Of a stretch of DNA of 43,829 nt, positions 10,050-19,390 are shown in pieces. Within the stretch, counting starts at the first letter, position 1. Every line of letters starts with the position of its first letter. The notes under the pieces are model-generated. The model searched no databases, was not told the DNA's origin, and was given only the letters and a program-made list of their open reading frames with translations. The translations under genes were made by a program, and so were the position numbers. Source of the DNA: Chrysochromulina tobinii (taxonomy: Eukaryota); contig JWZX01003238.1 in NCBI GenBank assembly GCA_001275005.1, forward strand, positions 1 through 43,829, written 5' to 3'.

Positions 10050-11180
10050 ATGGAAAGTGCGGACGGTCGCCGACGACTCGGCGCGATATCTCGCCAAGCG
10101 CTCGCGCTCGCGACCATCGCCGACGTGCCATCCGAGCAGCCAGAGAATGCTGTTTGCGGGATCACCAAGTGGTGTCTCAATGCCGCGGCCATGGCACGGC
10201 TGATGGGCTTCGGCCTTGCAGAGGTTGTCGTGCTCACCAACAATGTGAGCCTCGTGCGTGAAGAGTGCTCGGCCGTCGGCAAGCTCCTAAGAGTGTTACC
10301 ATTTGATGCGAACTTCTCGCAGCTCGTTGACCGCTGGCACGCATCGGCTCACCACAACATCCGAGATGGTGGCCTTGTCCGAAAGAATCGGGCAATGAAA
10401 ACGAATCTCATGAAGTGGCAGTACGTCGGAATGACTGAATATGCGGCAATCTACTCGTCCGACTTGGAAGTGGACCACTTCTTCAACAGGTCAGTCATGG
10501 AGTCGCATGCGAATCAATGGCCCCTCAAGCTTCACCGATTCCGCCACATGCCGTCGGATCTACTTGCCACTGGCGACTTCGAGTCGCCCTTCAATGGTTG
10601 CACCTTCTTGCTGAAGCCTAATCGGAGGCTCTTTCAGGTGGGCGTCCAGGTGCTCGAGACGCTTCGTTTCAACCTGACACATGGGTTCAACCTGAGCGGA
10701 CGACCGCACGACCTTTTGCTGGCGCGAGACCGAGTGCGCTTTCGCTTGGCCCGAGCGGTGCAGCGCAACACTTGGGACTTTGTCGGCGGCAACACCGACC
10801 AAGGGCTCTTTACGTACATCTACTTGATGAGGGAACGAGGAACCGACAGGGGCACAGGGCGCTTCGACCTGAGCATGCACTGCCCTTTCCTTCACGAGCA
10901 ATGCAATGCCCACGCTCACCTCAGTTGCCCGCTGCCAGTGTCCCGCTTCTGGCGCTTCAAGCCTTGGCTTGTTCAGCCTCAGAACCGTTGTCCCGAGTAC
11001 TTTGACTTCGGCCATCTCAATGCGTCCCTTGATGAAGTGGACGATGGCCATGCGGTTCTTCACACCACTTGCGCGGCACGGCTGCGCACAAACCGCGAGC
11101 GAGTGAGGACACAAAAGATGGATTCTGAGAATGTTCAACGAAGTACGGACTGTGGCCCGGTGACGCAGTGCATCTGGTGA
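10050..11180 (+). CDS. Glycosyltransferase family 8-like (glycogenin/GT-A fold), divergent
   Basis: MKWQYVGMTEYAAIYSSDLE resembles K-L-x-x-W-x-L-T-E-Y-x-x-I-x-x-x-D-x-D; FNGCTFLLKPN resembles FNSGVxVLKP; GGNTDQGLF resembles GxDQGxL. Start is uncertain (first ATG 10050). Confidence 0.65.
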   Translation: MESADGRRRLGAISRQALALATIADVPSEQPENAVCGITKWCLNAAAMARLMGFGLAEVVVLTNNVSLVREECSAVGKLLRVLPFDANFSQLVDRWHASAHHNIRDGGLVRKNRAMKTNLMKWQYVGMTEYAAIYSSDLEVDHFFNRSVMESHANQWPLKLHRFRHMPSDLLATGDFESPFNGCTFLLKPNRRLFQVGVQVLETLRFNLTHGFNLSGRPHDLLLARDRVRFRLARAVQRNTWDFVGGNTDQGLFTYIYLMRERGTDRGTGRFDLSMHCPFLHEQCNAHAHLSCPLPVSRFWRFKPWLVQPQNRCPEYFDFGHLNASLDEVDDGHAVLHTTCAARLRTNRERVRTQKMDSENVQRSTDCGPVTQCIW

Positions 11181-11545
11181 AGGGGCATGAAGGGGGCTCC
11201 GACATCATTCGTGTCCAAAACTTGAGAAAGGGTCAGTTGAATCGACACACAAGGTACCGGTACCGAGCTACCGGTACCGGTACCCGGACCAGCCACTACC
11301 AGTACCACGCGAAACACTGCCACGCAGTGGTCGCGTCGCTCGGTGGACTATCACACCGGCGAGGATTTTCAAGGATCCGGCCCCCAAAACTTTGCACCGA
11401 ACTTCCCCCCCTCTTCGAGTGTCCGTGGACTCGGTGTGGTGTGCGCGACAACGCGGCTTGCGGGTCTCGAAAAAGCGCGGACCGTCTCGCGGCGAGTTTT
11501 GCCAAAGCGAAGGGGTTGTAGGGGCGGCTACGACCCTGCCAAAGC

Positions 11546-12466
11546 ATGGAGACTGATGCATTGCGCCGTGCTGCGGAACACGAGGCGCTGCACGCCATCT
11601 ACGCGGACGCCCTAGAGGGCGACGCGGCTGGGCCATGGATCATCGATCTCGGAGTAAATGGCGCCATTCTCGAGTGCTTTCTGCCAGATGACTATCCGTC
11701 CACCTCACCGCCCACTCCAGTGTTGCACATACCAGCTCTCAGCGATGACGAGCGCGCAGCGTTGGTAGCCGAAATCACTTGGCTGTTTGATGGATGTGAG
11801 GTCGTCTACTCATGGGCTGAGCACCTACGGGAGGCTCTCACCGAGCGCGCAGAGTCGGAGGCCGCCGAAGCCGCCGCGGTCGCTGCTGTGGCCGATGCAG
11901 ACCAGCAGATTGACCAGCTGGCCTCTGCGATGGCCGATGCGAGCGGCTTCACATTCATGCCGGCCACCAGCCGCTACGGTCAACGTGTGCGCCACTTTGG
12001 CGCTGAATCCATCGACCCGTCATTTGCGGTCGAGGTCACCAGTGGTGCGTCCTTCCATCCGCCCAAGAGTGGGCCTTCGGAGGAGTTCCAGGCGCACGTC
12101 GCCACCGTGACGTCCATGGGGCACGTCAAATGGGCACTTGCTCGTCTGCTCTCCGATAAGCGCATTGCACGAGCTACGCACAACATGCTTGCCTACCGCT
12201 ACGTCGACGAGAGAGGCGTGCAGGTGTCGGACAATGACGACGACGGTGAGTCGAGTTCGGGCACCAAGCTGGCGGCGCTCCTTGAGCTGGCCAACGTGAA
12301 CAATGTGCTAGTGGTTGTCTCGCGCTGGTTTGGCGGAGTCCTGCTCGGTCCTGTTCGATTCAAGTACATTGCGAGCACCGCCCGAGCGCTGCTCGAGGAG
12401 ACGGGTAGATGCACCAGCGGCCCCGGAGGCGGGGATGGCGGCAAAGGGAAAGGTAAGAAGAGGTGA
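11546..12466 (+). CDS. IMPACT: IMPACT/Yih1 family protein (RWD domain + UPF0029 'ancient' domain)
   Basis: RWD: EHEALHAIY, LPDDYPSTSPP, VVYSWAEHLRE. UPF0029: FQAHVA, KRIARATHNMLAYRY, DNDDDGE, NVLVVVSRWFGGVLLGPVRFKYI. Confidence 0.93.
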   Translation: METDALRRAAEHEALHAIYADALEGDAAGPWIIDLGVNGAILECFLPDDYPSTSPPTPVLHIPALSDDERAALVAEITWLFDGCEVVYSWAEHLREALTERAESEAAEAAAVAAVADADQQIDQLASAMADASGFTFMPATSRYGQRVRHFGAESIDPSFAVEVTSGASFHPPKSGPSEEFQAHVATVTSMGHVKWALARLLSDKRIARATHNMLAYRYVDERGVQVSDNDDDGESSSGTKLAALLELANVNNVLVVVSRWFGGVLLGPVRFKYIASTARALLEETGRCTSGPGGGDGGKGKGKKR

Positions 12467-12564
12467 GATCCACGTACGTGTAAATGTTAGTACCACGAGC
12501 GTCTCCCTTCTCCGCGCTTCGAACGCAGAAGCCAGAACCGGGTTCCTCCCGTCCCAAAAGTCAA

Positions 12565-12811
12565 CCCAAGACACCCGATTGCGATTCACAGCGCAATGCG
12601 TTATAACTCGACACTCAAGACACCGGACCGGCGTACATACCGTACGGATGCGGGTATACTGTACCACTAGCTTGGGGACCCCCGTCACAGCCTATGTTTA
12701 TCATTCGACTTAATTCGACACCCTCACACCCAAGACACCGGACCAGCATACATACGTGTGCGGTTACAACTTGCTCTTGCTCGGGGACCCCTGGACCCCC
12801 TTATCACAGCC
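12565..12811. repeat. Degenerate tandem repeat, ~115-bp period (two copies plus a partial)
   Basis: The blocks TCGACAC, CAAGACACCGGACC (12616, 12731), TACATAC, GGGGACCCC (12674, 12783) and TCACAGCC (12685, 12804) recur in the same order. A partial CCCAAGACACC...TCACAGC copy starts at 12565. Confidence 0.75.
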
Positions 12812-12978
12812 ATACTCGATCAGCCGCCGGGCTGGGCCGCTTAACGCTTAGCCCCGCCCGGTCGCCTTAAGCGCGTCCTTGATACATGTAAGGCGCATCT
12901 TCATCTCGGTGATCTTCTTCCGGATCCCGACGGTGCTGTCATTCACACTCCTCCACACGCATCTTTTGTGCATGCACA

Positions 12979-14241
12979 ATGCCGCTGAGCTTTCGGGCAG
13001 CGCGCATGGCGCGCAAAGACTTGCCGCCACTTCTCCTGCTGATGTTTATCGCGCAGCCTTCGAGCGCGAAGGGCACGAAGCGCCCGCCAGCTGAAATCAT
13101 TCCCTCGTGTTTTCCGGACGGCGTCGCGCAGGCGGTCGGAGCGTCGGACGCCGCTGCAGAAGCCGCAGCTGCCTCTGCCGCCTCAGCCGCCTCAGCCACC
13201 TCCTTACCGATCGACATCGCCTTCTATGACACGCGGATGCGCCCAGATGCGGCCTCGATGATACGCGCCGCGAGCCGAATCACGAGCAGTGCGAGCAATA
13301 GCACTGCTGCTCGCGTGCGCTTTCACGCCATCATCAGTAAGCAGCTCGAGCCCTCACTCTTCCAGCAGAGCCTGCCGGGCTTCCGGCTCACGAAGCTGGT
13401 TATACCAGCACGCGCGCAGTGCCTGTATGATGGTATGAAACGCCTCTCGCACGGCCCCGGCCCGCAGTATCTCTATAAGCCGCTGTTGCACTACATCATG
13501 CCTGCCGATGTGCGCCGGCTCATCCTGCTCGACACGGATGTGGTCCTGGTGCGTGACGTGGCTGACTTGTACCATGAGTTCGATCAGTTCGGCACCGCGC
13601 TGCTCGGGATCGCGCGCGAGCAGAGCCGGCTGATGGAGCCGCTCACGGGCACCAACGGTGGCGTGCAGCTCCTCGACATCCAGAAGATGCGTGCCTCGGC
13701 AGAGTACAACGGGCTTCTCGACAAGCACGCAACTGGCAAGGACGGGCGGCGCATTGGTTATCTGGGCGACCAGACGCTGTACACGTACTTGCTCGCGGCG
13801 CGTCCCGATCTATTTGCATGGCTGCCGTGCGAGTGGAACCGCCAGATCTCCGCTCACTTTGGCTTCCACAACGCGACCGTGCACGAGTGCCCGCGCCGTT
13901 GCGGCATCCTGCATGCGAACTTCGGGCCCTTCAAGTGCATTGCGTGGAGCATGCAAGCCAACCCGTCTTGCTCCGAGTGGAAGGCGTTTGCGGAAGCGCT
14001 GGCCGAGCCGCTGAGCGCCACGCACAAGTGCCCCAAGGCTCAGCGATCCGAGCGTCTCAAGTTCAAGCCTGCACTGTACCGATTCTTTGCGGACTGCTGT
14101 ACGCCTGACGGCCTGGTCTTTGATGCGTATGGCTCACGCACGCTCGCCGAGGCAGAGGCGCAGAAGGCGCAAGCGCTGCTACGGCCCAGAGGCAAAAAGA
14201 GGACAAGCAAGCTATTTAGTCGAAACAACACAAGTACCTAA
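12979..14241 (+). CDS. Glycosyltransferase family 8, xylosyltransferase-like (XXYLT1/LARGE-type GT8 domain)
   Basis: Signal peptide (LPPLLLLMFIAQPSSA), YLYKPLLHYIMP...RLILLDTD (DxD), NGGVQLLDIQKMR, GYLGDQTLY...LF...LPCEWNRQI and ILHAN. Confidence 0.85.
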   Translation: MPLSFRAARMARKDLPPLLLLMFIAQPSSAKGTKRPPAEIIPSCFPDGVAQAVGASDAAAEAAAASAASAASATSLPIDIAFYDTRMRPDAASMIRAASRITSSASNSTAARVRFHAIISKQLEPSLFQQSLPGFRLTKLVIPARAQCLYDGMKRLSHGPGPQYLYKPLLHYIMPADVRRLILLDTDVVLVRDVADLYHEFDQFGTALLGIAREQSRLMEPLTGTNGGVQLLDIQKMRASAEYNGLLDKHATGKDGRRIGYLGDQTLYTYLLAARPDLFAWLPCEWNRQISAHFGFHNATVHECPRRCGILHANFGPFKCIAWSMQANPSCSEWKAFAEALAEPLSATHKCPKAQRSERLKFKPALYRFFADCCTPDGLVFDAYGSRTLAEAEAQKAQALLRPRGKKRTSKLFSRNNTST

Positions 14242-14616
14242 CGCCAGCGGTAGCCGGCTCGGCTGCCGAGAATGACGTGCCGAGTTGCTTGAAAGAGAGG
14301 GGGCGACCTCTGCTGGAAGCGTTCACTGGTCGGGGACGGGGCTCCACGGTGTCCACAGCAAAACCGAAACCCACTGCGTGTAAGCTGTCTCGTGCGGTCG
14401 TGGGCGCCGCCGATGCCGGCTTGCCCCGCGGTCGCGCGGTCGGCCGGGACTCCCGGGCGAAAAAGATCGCGAAGATACAGGTTAAAGTTCTGTACGACTT
14501 GACTACCCAAGCGAGACTTACGCGAACCCGCGGGCCGGCACGCGAAAATCTATCGACGTATCGGTTGAGAGCCTATATTATATTATAATAATTAATATGA
14601 TCTCGTAAGCAGCTAC

Positions 14617-15221
14617 CTATTTTTTTGCAGGTTCAGCTGCTAGAGCCGGTACTGACGTAGCAGCAGCCGATCTCAATGAAGGCAGCATAAGCCCTTGTGG
14701 TAAATTGGAGATACCGTAGCTCCGTGAGGGCGGCATCGTGCCAGCGTCGTGCGTCTTGTGTGGCGCATACTCGTAGGTGACGACCTGCACGATCTGGTCG
14801 TTGATGGAGCCGTTCTTAAAGTTGACATCTTTGAGCGTCAGCCCATACTCTTCTGATCGTAGGAGCGCGCTGTCGTCCACCTCGGTGCCGAGGTAGAGGT
14901 AGAGCCCATGCAAGCCTGAGACCTGGTGCTTGTCCATAATGAGCTGCGCGCAAAGCATTTCGATGTCTGTGAGTGTGTGAGGATGGGTTGGGCCAGCAAG
15001 CGCATTTGCGCGCGAATGTGTAAGTGGCTTTGAGCAGCTCGGCCGTGAGCCGGGCGCACCTGCACCAAGTGCGAGAGCTTGGTCGAGGTGCCAAGCAGCT
15101 GCGTGAAGCGCATGGACTGCCAGACCGAGTTGCGGATCTCCACCGTCACATATTTCTCGACATCGCGCGCTCCCCAGTCCTCGGGTCCCTTCTTTCCCTT
15201 TCCTTTGCCTTTTTTGCCCAT
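14617..15221 (-). CDS. Two-exon hypothetical protein (162 aa), possible ubiquitin-like beta-grasp fold
   Basis: Exon 1 15221-15060 (MGKKGKGKGKK...SHLVQ). Intron 15059-14944 (GTGCGC...GCGCAG, 116 nt, phase 0). Exon 2 14943-14617 (LIMDKHQ...PAKK*). Splicing joins two track ORFs in frame. Confidence 0.72.
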
Positions 15222-15458
15222 CTGAGACTCGGCTTTGCGGTACTAGTGGACGGTCACGGCCGCCGTCCGGACTGGGAAAAAACAATGGCGTCCTCCACAC
15301 AGAAAAACCTCCGCAAAGCGTCGTTCCGGGCAATTCGAAAGCGAACGTGGCGTCTAGATGGACACCAATATTCTGTCGACGAAACGCCTGTTCAAAAAGC
15401 TGAGATCCCACCGTTCGCGGATTCTCAAAGCCCCTTCCGTGAGGCGCATCGCGACGAA

Positions 15459-17915
15459 ATGTCACGCAACATCGTTGCGATCGCCGGCGCAGCCACGGCA
15501 GTGGCACTCGTGATTGAATGTGTTCGGCGGTTCAGACGGCAGCGTAGCATGCACACAGCCGTGCTCGATTATTGGTTTGCCGGCGATCTAGAGACTGCTT
15601 ACGAGACCAAGTGGTTTGTGCAAGCGGGTTCGGCGGCGCAGCTGGCCCTTGACGCAGACATTCGCACACGTTTCGGTGAGTTGCTCGCGAGTGCGGAGCG
15701 TGGCGAGCTCGATGGTGCGTGGTCTCGCACGCCGCAAGCTGCGCTCGCGCTCATTGTGCTTCTCGACCAGCTCTCACGGCACGTGCACCGCGGCGATGCA
15801 GCGGCAGTGGCCGCCAATGATGTGCGAGCGCTGCGCACGACGCGCATGCTGCTCGCACGTGGTTGGGATGGTGGGCTCGACACCGCGCAGCTCATTTTTG
15901 CGCTGATGCCGTTGCGCCATCAAGCCACGGTGGAGCGGCTGCGCGAGGTGCTCGAGCGAACGGCGCCGCGACTCGAGGACAGCAAGGCGAGCACCGAGCT
16001 CCTGCTGCGCTTCCGCCGACACACGCAGCTGCGCCTGTTGCACCTCGAGAACCGTGGCGACCCGCATGACATCCTCGAGCGGCCCGATCGCGAGCACGAG
16101 CTCGACCAGAGCGAGGCGCCCGAGGAGACGCTCAGCCAGACCGTGCTCGCTTTCCTCGAGGCGAATGGCCTTCTGGGGGCTGCTTGTAACGGGCAGCCGA
16201 CGGCGCGTGGGCGTGGGCGTGAAAGCCAGCCAAAGGCGAATGCCCGCCGGCGTGCGCTTCCGCAGGTGCGCGAGTGTGAGCACACAGCTGGCAGGGGCCA
16301 GGGCATGGCGGCCACCGGGAACACGGACAGGAAGCATAGCGCTGTGGCGAGCGCGGTCGACACGGCCCCTGCGGAGGGCGAGAGCGCCCACCACGGCGCC
16401 ACGAGCGCTGTGGCGAGCGCGGTCGACACGGCCCCTGCGGAGGGCGAGAGCGCCCACCACGGCGCCATCTTGGCGGAGGAGCCAGCGCTGATCGTGTCGC
16501 TGTCGGGCGGCGTGGACTCGATGGTGCTCACACACGTGCTGCTCGCGCTACGCAAGGCGCACGGGCTGCGTTATTCGGTCCATGCGGTGCATGTGGACTA
16601 TGCGAACCGCGTCGAGTCGGGCGCCGAGGCGACCTTCGTGGAGACTTGGTGCCGAGAGCGCGGTGTGGAGATCCGCGTGCGAACCGTAAGTGAGATGCAG
16701 CGCGCGACGTGCCAGCGGGATGAGTACGAGCGCGAAACCCGCCGGATTCGTTTCGACGCATACAAGGCGTGCCTGCAGGCCACCGGTGGCCGTGGCGTCT
16801 TCTTTGGTCATCACGAAGGGGATCTGCACGAGAACGTGCTCTGTAACGTCTTTAAGGGCGCGCAGCTGCTCAACGTGGCGGGCATCGCGGCCGCCTCGAC
16901 GGTGGGCGGCGTGCTCATCTACCGGCCGATGCTCCCACATCCCAAGAGCATCATCTACGAGTACGCTCACAAGTATGGCGTGCCGTACTTCAAGGACACC
17001 ACACCGAAATGGTCCAATCGCGGCAAGCTGCGCGATCAACTGTTTCCGCTCCTCCAAGACACGTTTGGCGAAGGCATCGGCGGGCACCTGAGCGCCCTCG
17101 CCAAGGACTCGGCGCAGTGTGCGGAGCTCGTCGAGGCACACATGCTGCGACCCTTCTGGGGCTCTGTCCACGTCTCGGCGGCGGCTGCTTGGGTTGACGT
17201 CGCGGCGTACGTGCAGATGCCCCTCTTCTTCTGGCGCGAGGCGCTCCGGCATATCTGCGAGCAGATGCTCGGCGTGGGCCTCGTCAAGGAACGTGCCGCG
17301 CTTCTCCTAATGGAGCGGCTTCAGCGCCCAGCACACAAGCGCAAAGATGGCTGGCTATCCCTCAAGCGTGAGATCCGCGCTTTACTTGTGGGCACTCGCT
17401 TGGTGCTCTTTGCGCCACACCTCTTCCCCGGCGAGCATCATGGGAGAGTCTGGGCAGCGCGTCCACATGCCGCCGAGGGGACTCGACTCGACCCACCAGC
17501 AGAGGGCACCGAGACGACCGAGAGCGTGTTTGGCCCCTGGCATGTGCGCCTGCGGCTGCTGCCAGCCGCCGGCACGGACGCCGACGCCACGGGCGATGCC
17601 TTCGCAGCTGGGGGCAGCTCCACGAGTGAAGTCGTGAGCGTACTAGGAAGCGAGCCCTCGGTGTTGTGGCGGCTCGCCGAGGGTCGTATTGCTTACATGC
17701 TACCTCGGCACCCGGAGTATGCCATCGGCTCAAGCACGCACGCACAGGTCGGGGCACTCGAGGGGCTTCGCGGTGAGGTCTGGGCCACGCTGCTAGCAGC
17801 ATTCCCACAGGTGATCGGCGTTGGCCAGCAGAGCTGCAGCGGCTGGGTGCGCGTGGAGCTCACCTGCCGCGCCGCAAAGGCGGACCTCGAGGGTGGCGAT
17901 GGGGGACCGCCCTAG
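15459..17915 (+). CDS. tilS: DUF924-like domain fused to tRNA(Ile)-lysidine synthase TilS-like PP-loop ATPase
   Basis: DUF924-like: VLDYWF..KWF..DADIRTRF..LALIVLLDQLSRH..FALMPLRH. TilS-like: VSLSGGVDSMVL, HVDYANR, RRIRF, GHHEGDLHEN, IYRPML, YFKDTT..RGKLR. Start is taken at ATG 15459; ATG 15285 is also possible. Confidence 0.82.
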   Translation: MSRNIVAIAGAATAVALVIECVRRFRRQRSMHTAVLDYWFAGDLETAYETKWFVQAGSAAQLALDADIRTRFGELLASAERGELDGAWSRTPQAALALIVLLDQLSRHVHRGDAAAVAANDVRALRTTRMLLARGWDGGLDTAQLIFALMPLRHQATVERLREVLERTAPRLEDSKASTELLLRFRRHTQLRLLHLENRGDPHDILERPDREHELDQSEAPEETLSQTVLAFLEANGLLGAACNGQPTARGRGRESQPKANARRRALPQVRECEHTAGRGQGMAATGNTDRKHSAVASAVDTAPAEGESAHHGATSAVASAVDTAPAEGESAHHGAILAEEPALIVSLSGGVDSMVLTHVLLALRKAHGLRYSVHAVHVDYANRVESGAEATFVETWCRERGVEIRVRTVSEMQRATCQRDEYERETRRIRFDAYKACLQATGGRGVFFGHHEGDLHENVLCNVFKGAQLLNVAGIAAASTVGGVLIYRPMLPHPKSIIYEYAHKYGVPYFKDTTPKWSNRGKLRDQLFPLLQDTFGEGIGGHLSALAKDSAQCAELVEAHMLRPFWGSVHVSAAAAWVDVAAYVQMPLFFWREALRHICEQMLGVGLVKERAALLLMERLQRPAHKRKDGWLSLKREIRALLVGTRLVLFAPHLFPGEHHGRVWAARPHAAEGTRLDPPAEGTETTESVFGPWHVRLRLLPAAGTDADATGDAFAAGGSSTSEVVSVLGSEPSVLWRLAEGRIAYMLPRHPEYAIGSSTHAQVGALEGLRGEVWATLLAAFPQVIGVGQQSCSGWVRVELTCRAAKADLEGGDGGPP
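16338..16467 (+). repeat. In-frame 66-bp tandem duplication (22 aa SAVASAVDTAPAEGESAHHGA[T/I]) in the DUF924-TilS linker
   Basis: 64 identical nt at 16338-16401 and 16404-16467. Confidence 0.95.
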
Positions 17916-17938
17916 CGTCAGTTCCGGTACATCCGGAA

Positions 17939-19390
17939 ATGTTCACACCCTGGTTCACACCTCTCTCGGCGCCCGAGCCGCAAAACATGTCATCTTTAGA
18001 ACAGGAGAAGCGCCGCAAGGCAGAGAAGCCTGTGATCAGCGCGGAGCGCGCGGTGCAGCTCGCCAAGGAGCTGTACGGCCTGGACGTGGTCGCCGGCTCG
18101 CTCAAAGAGCTCGACTCGTACGACGACCGTAACTTCTACCTGCGTGCGACGCACGCACGTCCGGATGCGCTGTCCGACCCCCGCGATTGCAACGGCACAC
18201 GCGACGGCGAGGTGCAGCATTTTGTGCTCAAGATCCACAACGGCGTCGAGTCGCTCGCTCCCGCCTTCATCGAATGCCAAAACCAGGCAATGATCTGTGT
18301 GCGCAGGGGCGCAGGCTGCTGGAGCCCACGCGCGCTGCCCTCAGTTCATGGTGAGACCATCGCGCGTGCTACCGCGCCGCTCGCGTCAGGCATCGAGCGT
18401 GAGCACGCAGTTCGGTTGCTGCCCTTTCGGCCGAGCGGACTTTTCGCGGACGTGCCGCTCACACTCACTCTGCTGCGCAACCTCGGCACGGCGACGGCGC
18501 GACTGAGCGCCTCGCTCGCGGACTTCGACCACCCGGCCGCGCACCGCGAGCATGTCTGGGACCTCGCGCACGCGCCTAACGTGCGCCCACTGCTAGTGCA
18601 CGCCCCCGCCGAGCGTCACGCGCTGCTAGCGGGCGTGCTCGACGAGTTCGAGAGCTCGGTGCGTCCTCTCGCGCCGCAGCTGCGCATGGCGGCTATCCAC
18701 GGCGACGTCAACGACCAAAATGTGCTCGTCGACGCGGGTGGAACGCAGGTGCTTGGCATCATCGATTTTGGCGACATGACGTACTCATGGCTCGTCAATG
18801 AGATTGCGATCGCGACGGCGTACGCTCTCATTGCGCTGCACTATAGCGCCCGCACGGCAGGCACGGCGGGCGTGGCGGCCCCGCCAGCTCTGAGCGAGCT
18901 CGAGGTGGCGATCGCGATGACAAGCAGCTACGCGGCCGAGATGACGGCGCTCGGCCAGCGCGGCCTCACCGTCGCCGAGTGGGCCGTGCTACCCACCCTC
19001 ATTGCCTGCCGCATCACCGTCTCACTCATCGTGGGTGCCTACTCGTCGGCGCAAGATCCAGCGAACGAGTACCTCAAGCTCACGCAGCTCCCCGGGTGGG
19101 AAGCCCTCAAGAGACTGCGCGCAGTCCCCGCGCCCGAGCTGGCCGCCCAGCTCAGTGCTGCCGCCGCCTTGCTAAGCACGCCCTTCTGGCAGCCGCCTCA
19201 CTGGAAGAAGAACAACGACGAAGACACAGTTGTGGACCTCCACACTTTGGAACACCGCGCGTACCTCGAGCATTTTGGCGTGCATGCAAAGCTCTCGATG
19301 GCCATCGCCACCGTGCTGAAGGAGCGCCCGGCCAACCCCTTACTAGCCGTCGCAGAGCTCCTCAGCCCACTCCTCAACAAGTCGAAGTGA
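17939..19390 (+). CDS. HYKK: Hydroxylysine kinase-like (APH/choline-kinase-like phosphotransferase) with C-terminal Dpy-30/RIIa-like dimerisation motif
   Basis: ELDSYDDRNF, FVLKIHN, HAVRLL, HPAAHREHVWDL, IHGDVNDQNVLV, GIIDFGD and DPANEY. C-terminal AYLEHFGVHAKLSMAIATVLKERPANPLLAVAELL. Start is 17939 or 17987. Confidence 0.85.
   Translation: MFTPWFTPLSAPEPQNMSSLEQEKRRKAEKPVISAERAVQLAKELYGLDVVAGSLKELDSYDDRNFYLRATHARPDALSDPRDCNGTRDGEVQHFVLKIHNGVESLAPAFIECQNQAMICVRRGAGCWSPRALPSVHGETIARATAPLASGIEREHAVRLLPFRPSGLFADVPLTLTLLRNLGTATARLSASLADFDHPAAHREHVWDLAHAPNVRPLLVHAPAERHALLAGVLDEFESSVRPLAPQLRMAAIHGDVNDQNVLVDAGGTQVLGIIDFGDMTYSWLVNEIAIATAYALIALHYSARTAGTAGVAAPPALSELEVAIAMTSSYAAEMTALGQRGLTVAEWAVLPTLIACRITVSLIVGAYSSAQDPANEYLKLTQLPGWEALKRLRAVPAPELAAQLSAAAALLSTPFWQPPHWKKNNDEDTVVDLHTLEHRAYLEHFGVHAKLSMAIATVLKERPANPLLAVAELLSPLLNKSK

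Noticed and set aside
12565..12811. CRISPR-like reading of the repeated boxes
   Set aside because: Only 2-3 degenerate units, no identical 25-45 bp repeats with unique spacers, no cas genes, and a eukaryotic context.
14277..14588. 103-aa ORF containing an SH3-like 'VKVLYDL'
   Set aside because: The rest of the SH3 signature is absent, the ORF starts at GTG and it lies between convergent 3' ends.
15024..15458. N-terminal extension of the DUF924-TilS ORF in the track
   Set aside because: It overlaps exon 1 and the intron of the opposite-strand gene; a later ATG is more plausible.
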